NCBI GenBank assembly: GCA_963779375.1
Contig: CAVZXW010000026.1
Coordinates: 265,360 to 329,359 of the forward strand
Source: an uncultured Chloroflexia bacterium
GTDB lineage: Bacteria > Chloroflexota > Limnocylindria > Limnocylindrales > CSP1-4
Reading direction: 5' to 3'
Length of the DNA stretch: 64,000 bases
Shown: positions 63,959 through 64,000 of the stretch, piece after piece
Numbering within the stretch: the first letter of the stretch is position 1
Layout of the letters: each line of letters starts with the position of its first letter
Notes under the pieces: generated by a model
The model's input: the letters and a program-made list of their open reading frames with translations, nothing else
Database searches by the model: none
What the model was told of the DNA's origin: nothing
Program-made: the position numbers and the translations under genes

Positions 63959-64000
63959 CCAGGGGGCCGTGCCGGCGGCCCGGCGAGACCACGCGCTCGT

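Overview
High-GC (~70-72%) chromosomal segment, most likely from an Actinomycetota-type bacterium. The evidence for that is MmpL transporters, two F420/deazaflavin-family enzymes, FeoAB and ATGA/GTGA-coupled operons. The window is dominated by housekeeping and transport genes. On the minus strand there is a branched-chain amino acid operon, ilvB-ilvN-ilvC-leuA-leuB, with leuB running off the window start. It is followed by an MFS transporter, leuCD, an intact MmpL, feoAB, a second MmpL broken into many frames, a DUF385 deazaflavin nitroreductase, ilvD, a PPOX-class F420 protein and a MarR regulator. Next comes a FAS-II-like cluster with no acyl-carrier protein gene: fabD, fabF, an MpaB/DUF2236-like oxygenase, a second KAS gene, a CapA-like lipoprotein and a 4HBT thioesterase. 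After that there is a two-component pair made of a receiver-FNR/TrxR-like oxidoreductase and a cNMP-binding histidine kinase, a CysS/MshC-like ligase, an IS5-family transposase relic, copA, and a degenerate 2Fe-2S/Mo-hydroxylase remnant beside an OmpR/HK pair. Further on are a MacAB-type ABC exporter with a very long coiled-coil adaptor, HtrA, an ApbE/FMN-binding/ferric-reductase-like flavinylation cluster, an ECF sigma factor translationally coupled to an Ogt/MGMT protein, a four-subunit 2-oxoacid:ferredoxin oxidoreductase (porDABG) followed by a receiver-like::M24 aminopeptidase fusion and two small hypothetical proteins, proline dehydrogenase, tryptophanase (broken), proC (broken) and a BtuF-like binding protein. 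The most striking feature is that about ten genes are interrupted by frameshifts (ilvB, mmpL2, fabD, fabF, KAS2, the cysS-like gene, a sensor kinase, tnaA, proC), while their neighbours, about 12 kb in total, are intact. Several of these frameshifts resolve to single homopolymer-length changes, so assembly indel error and genuine gene decay cannot be separated from this sequence alone. I found no CRISPR array, rRNA or convincing tRNA.
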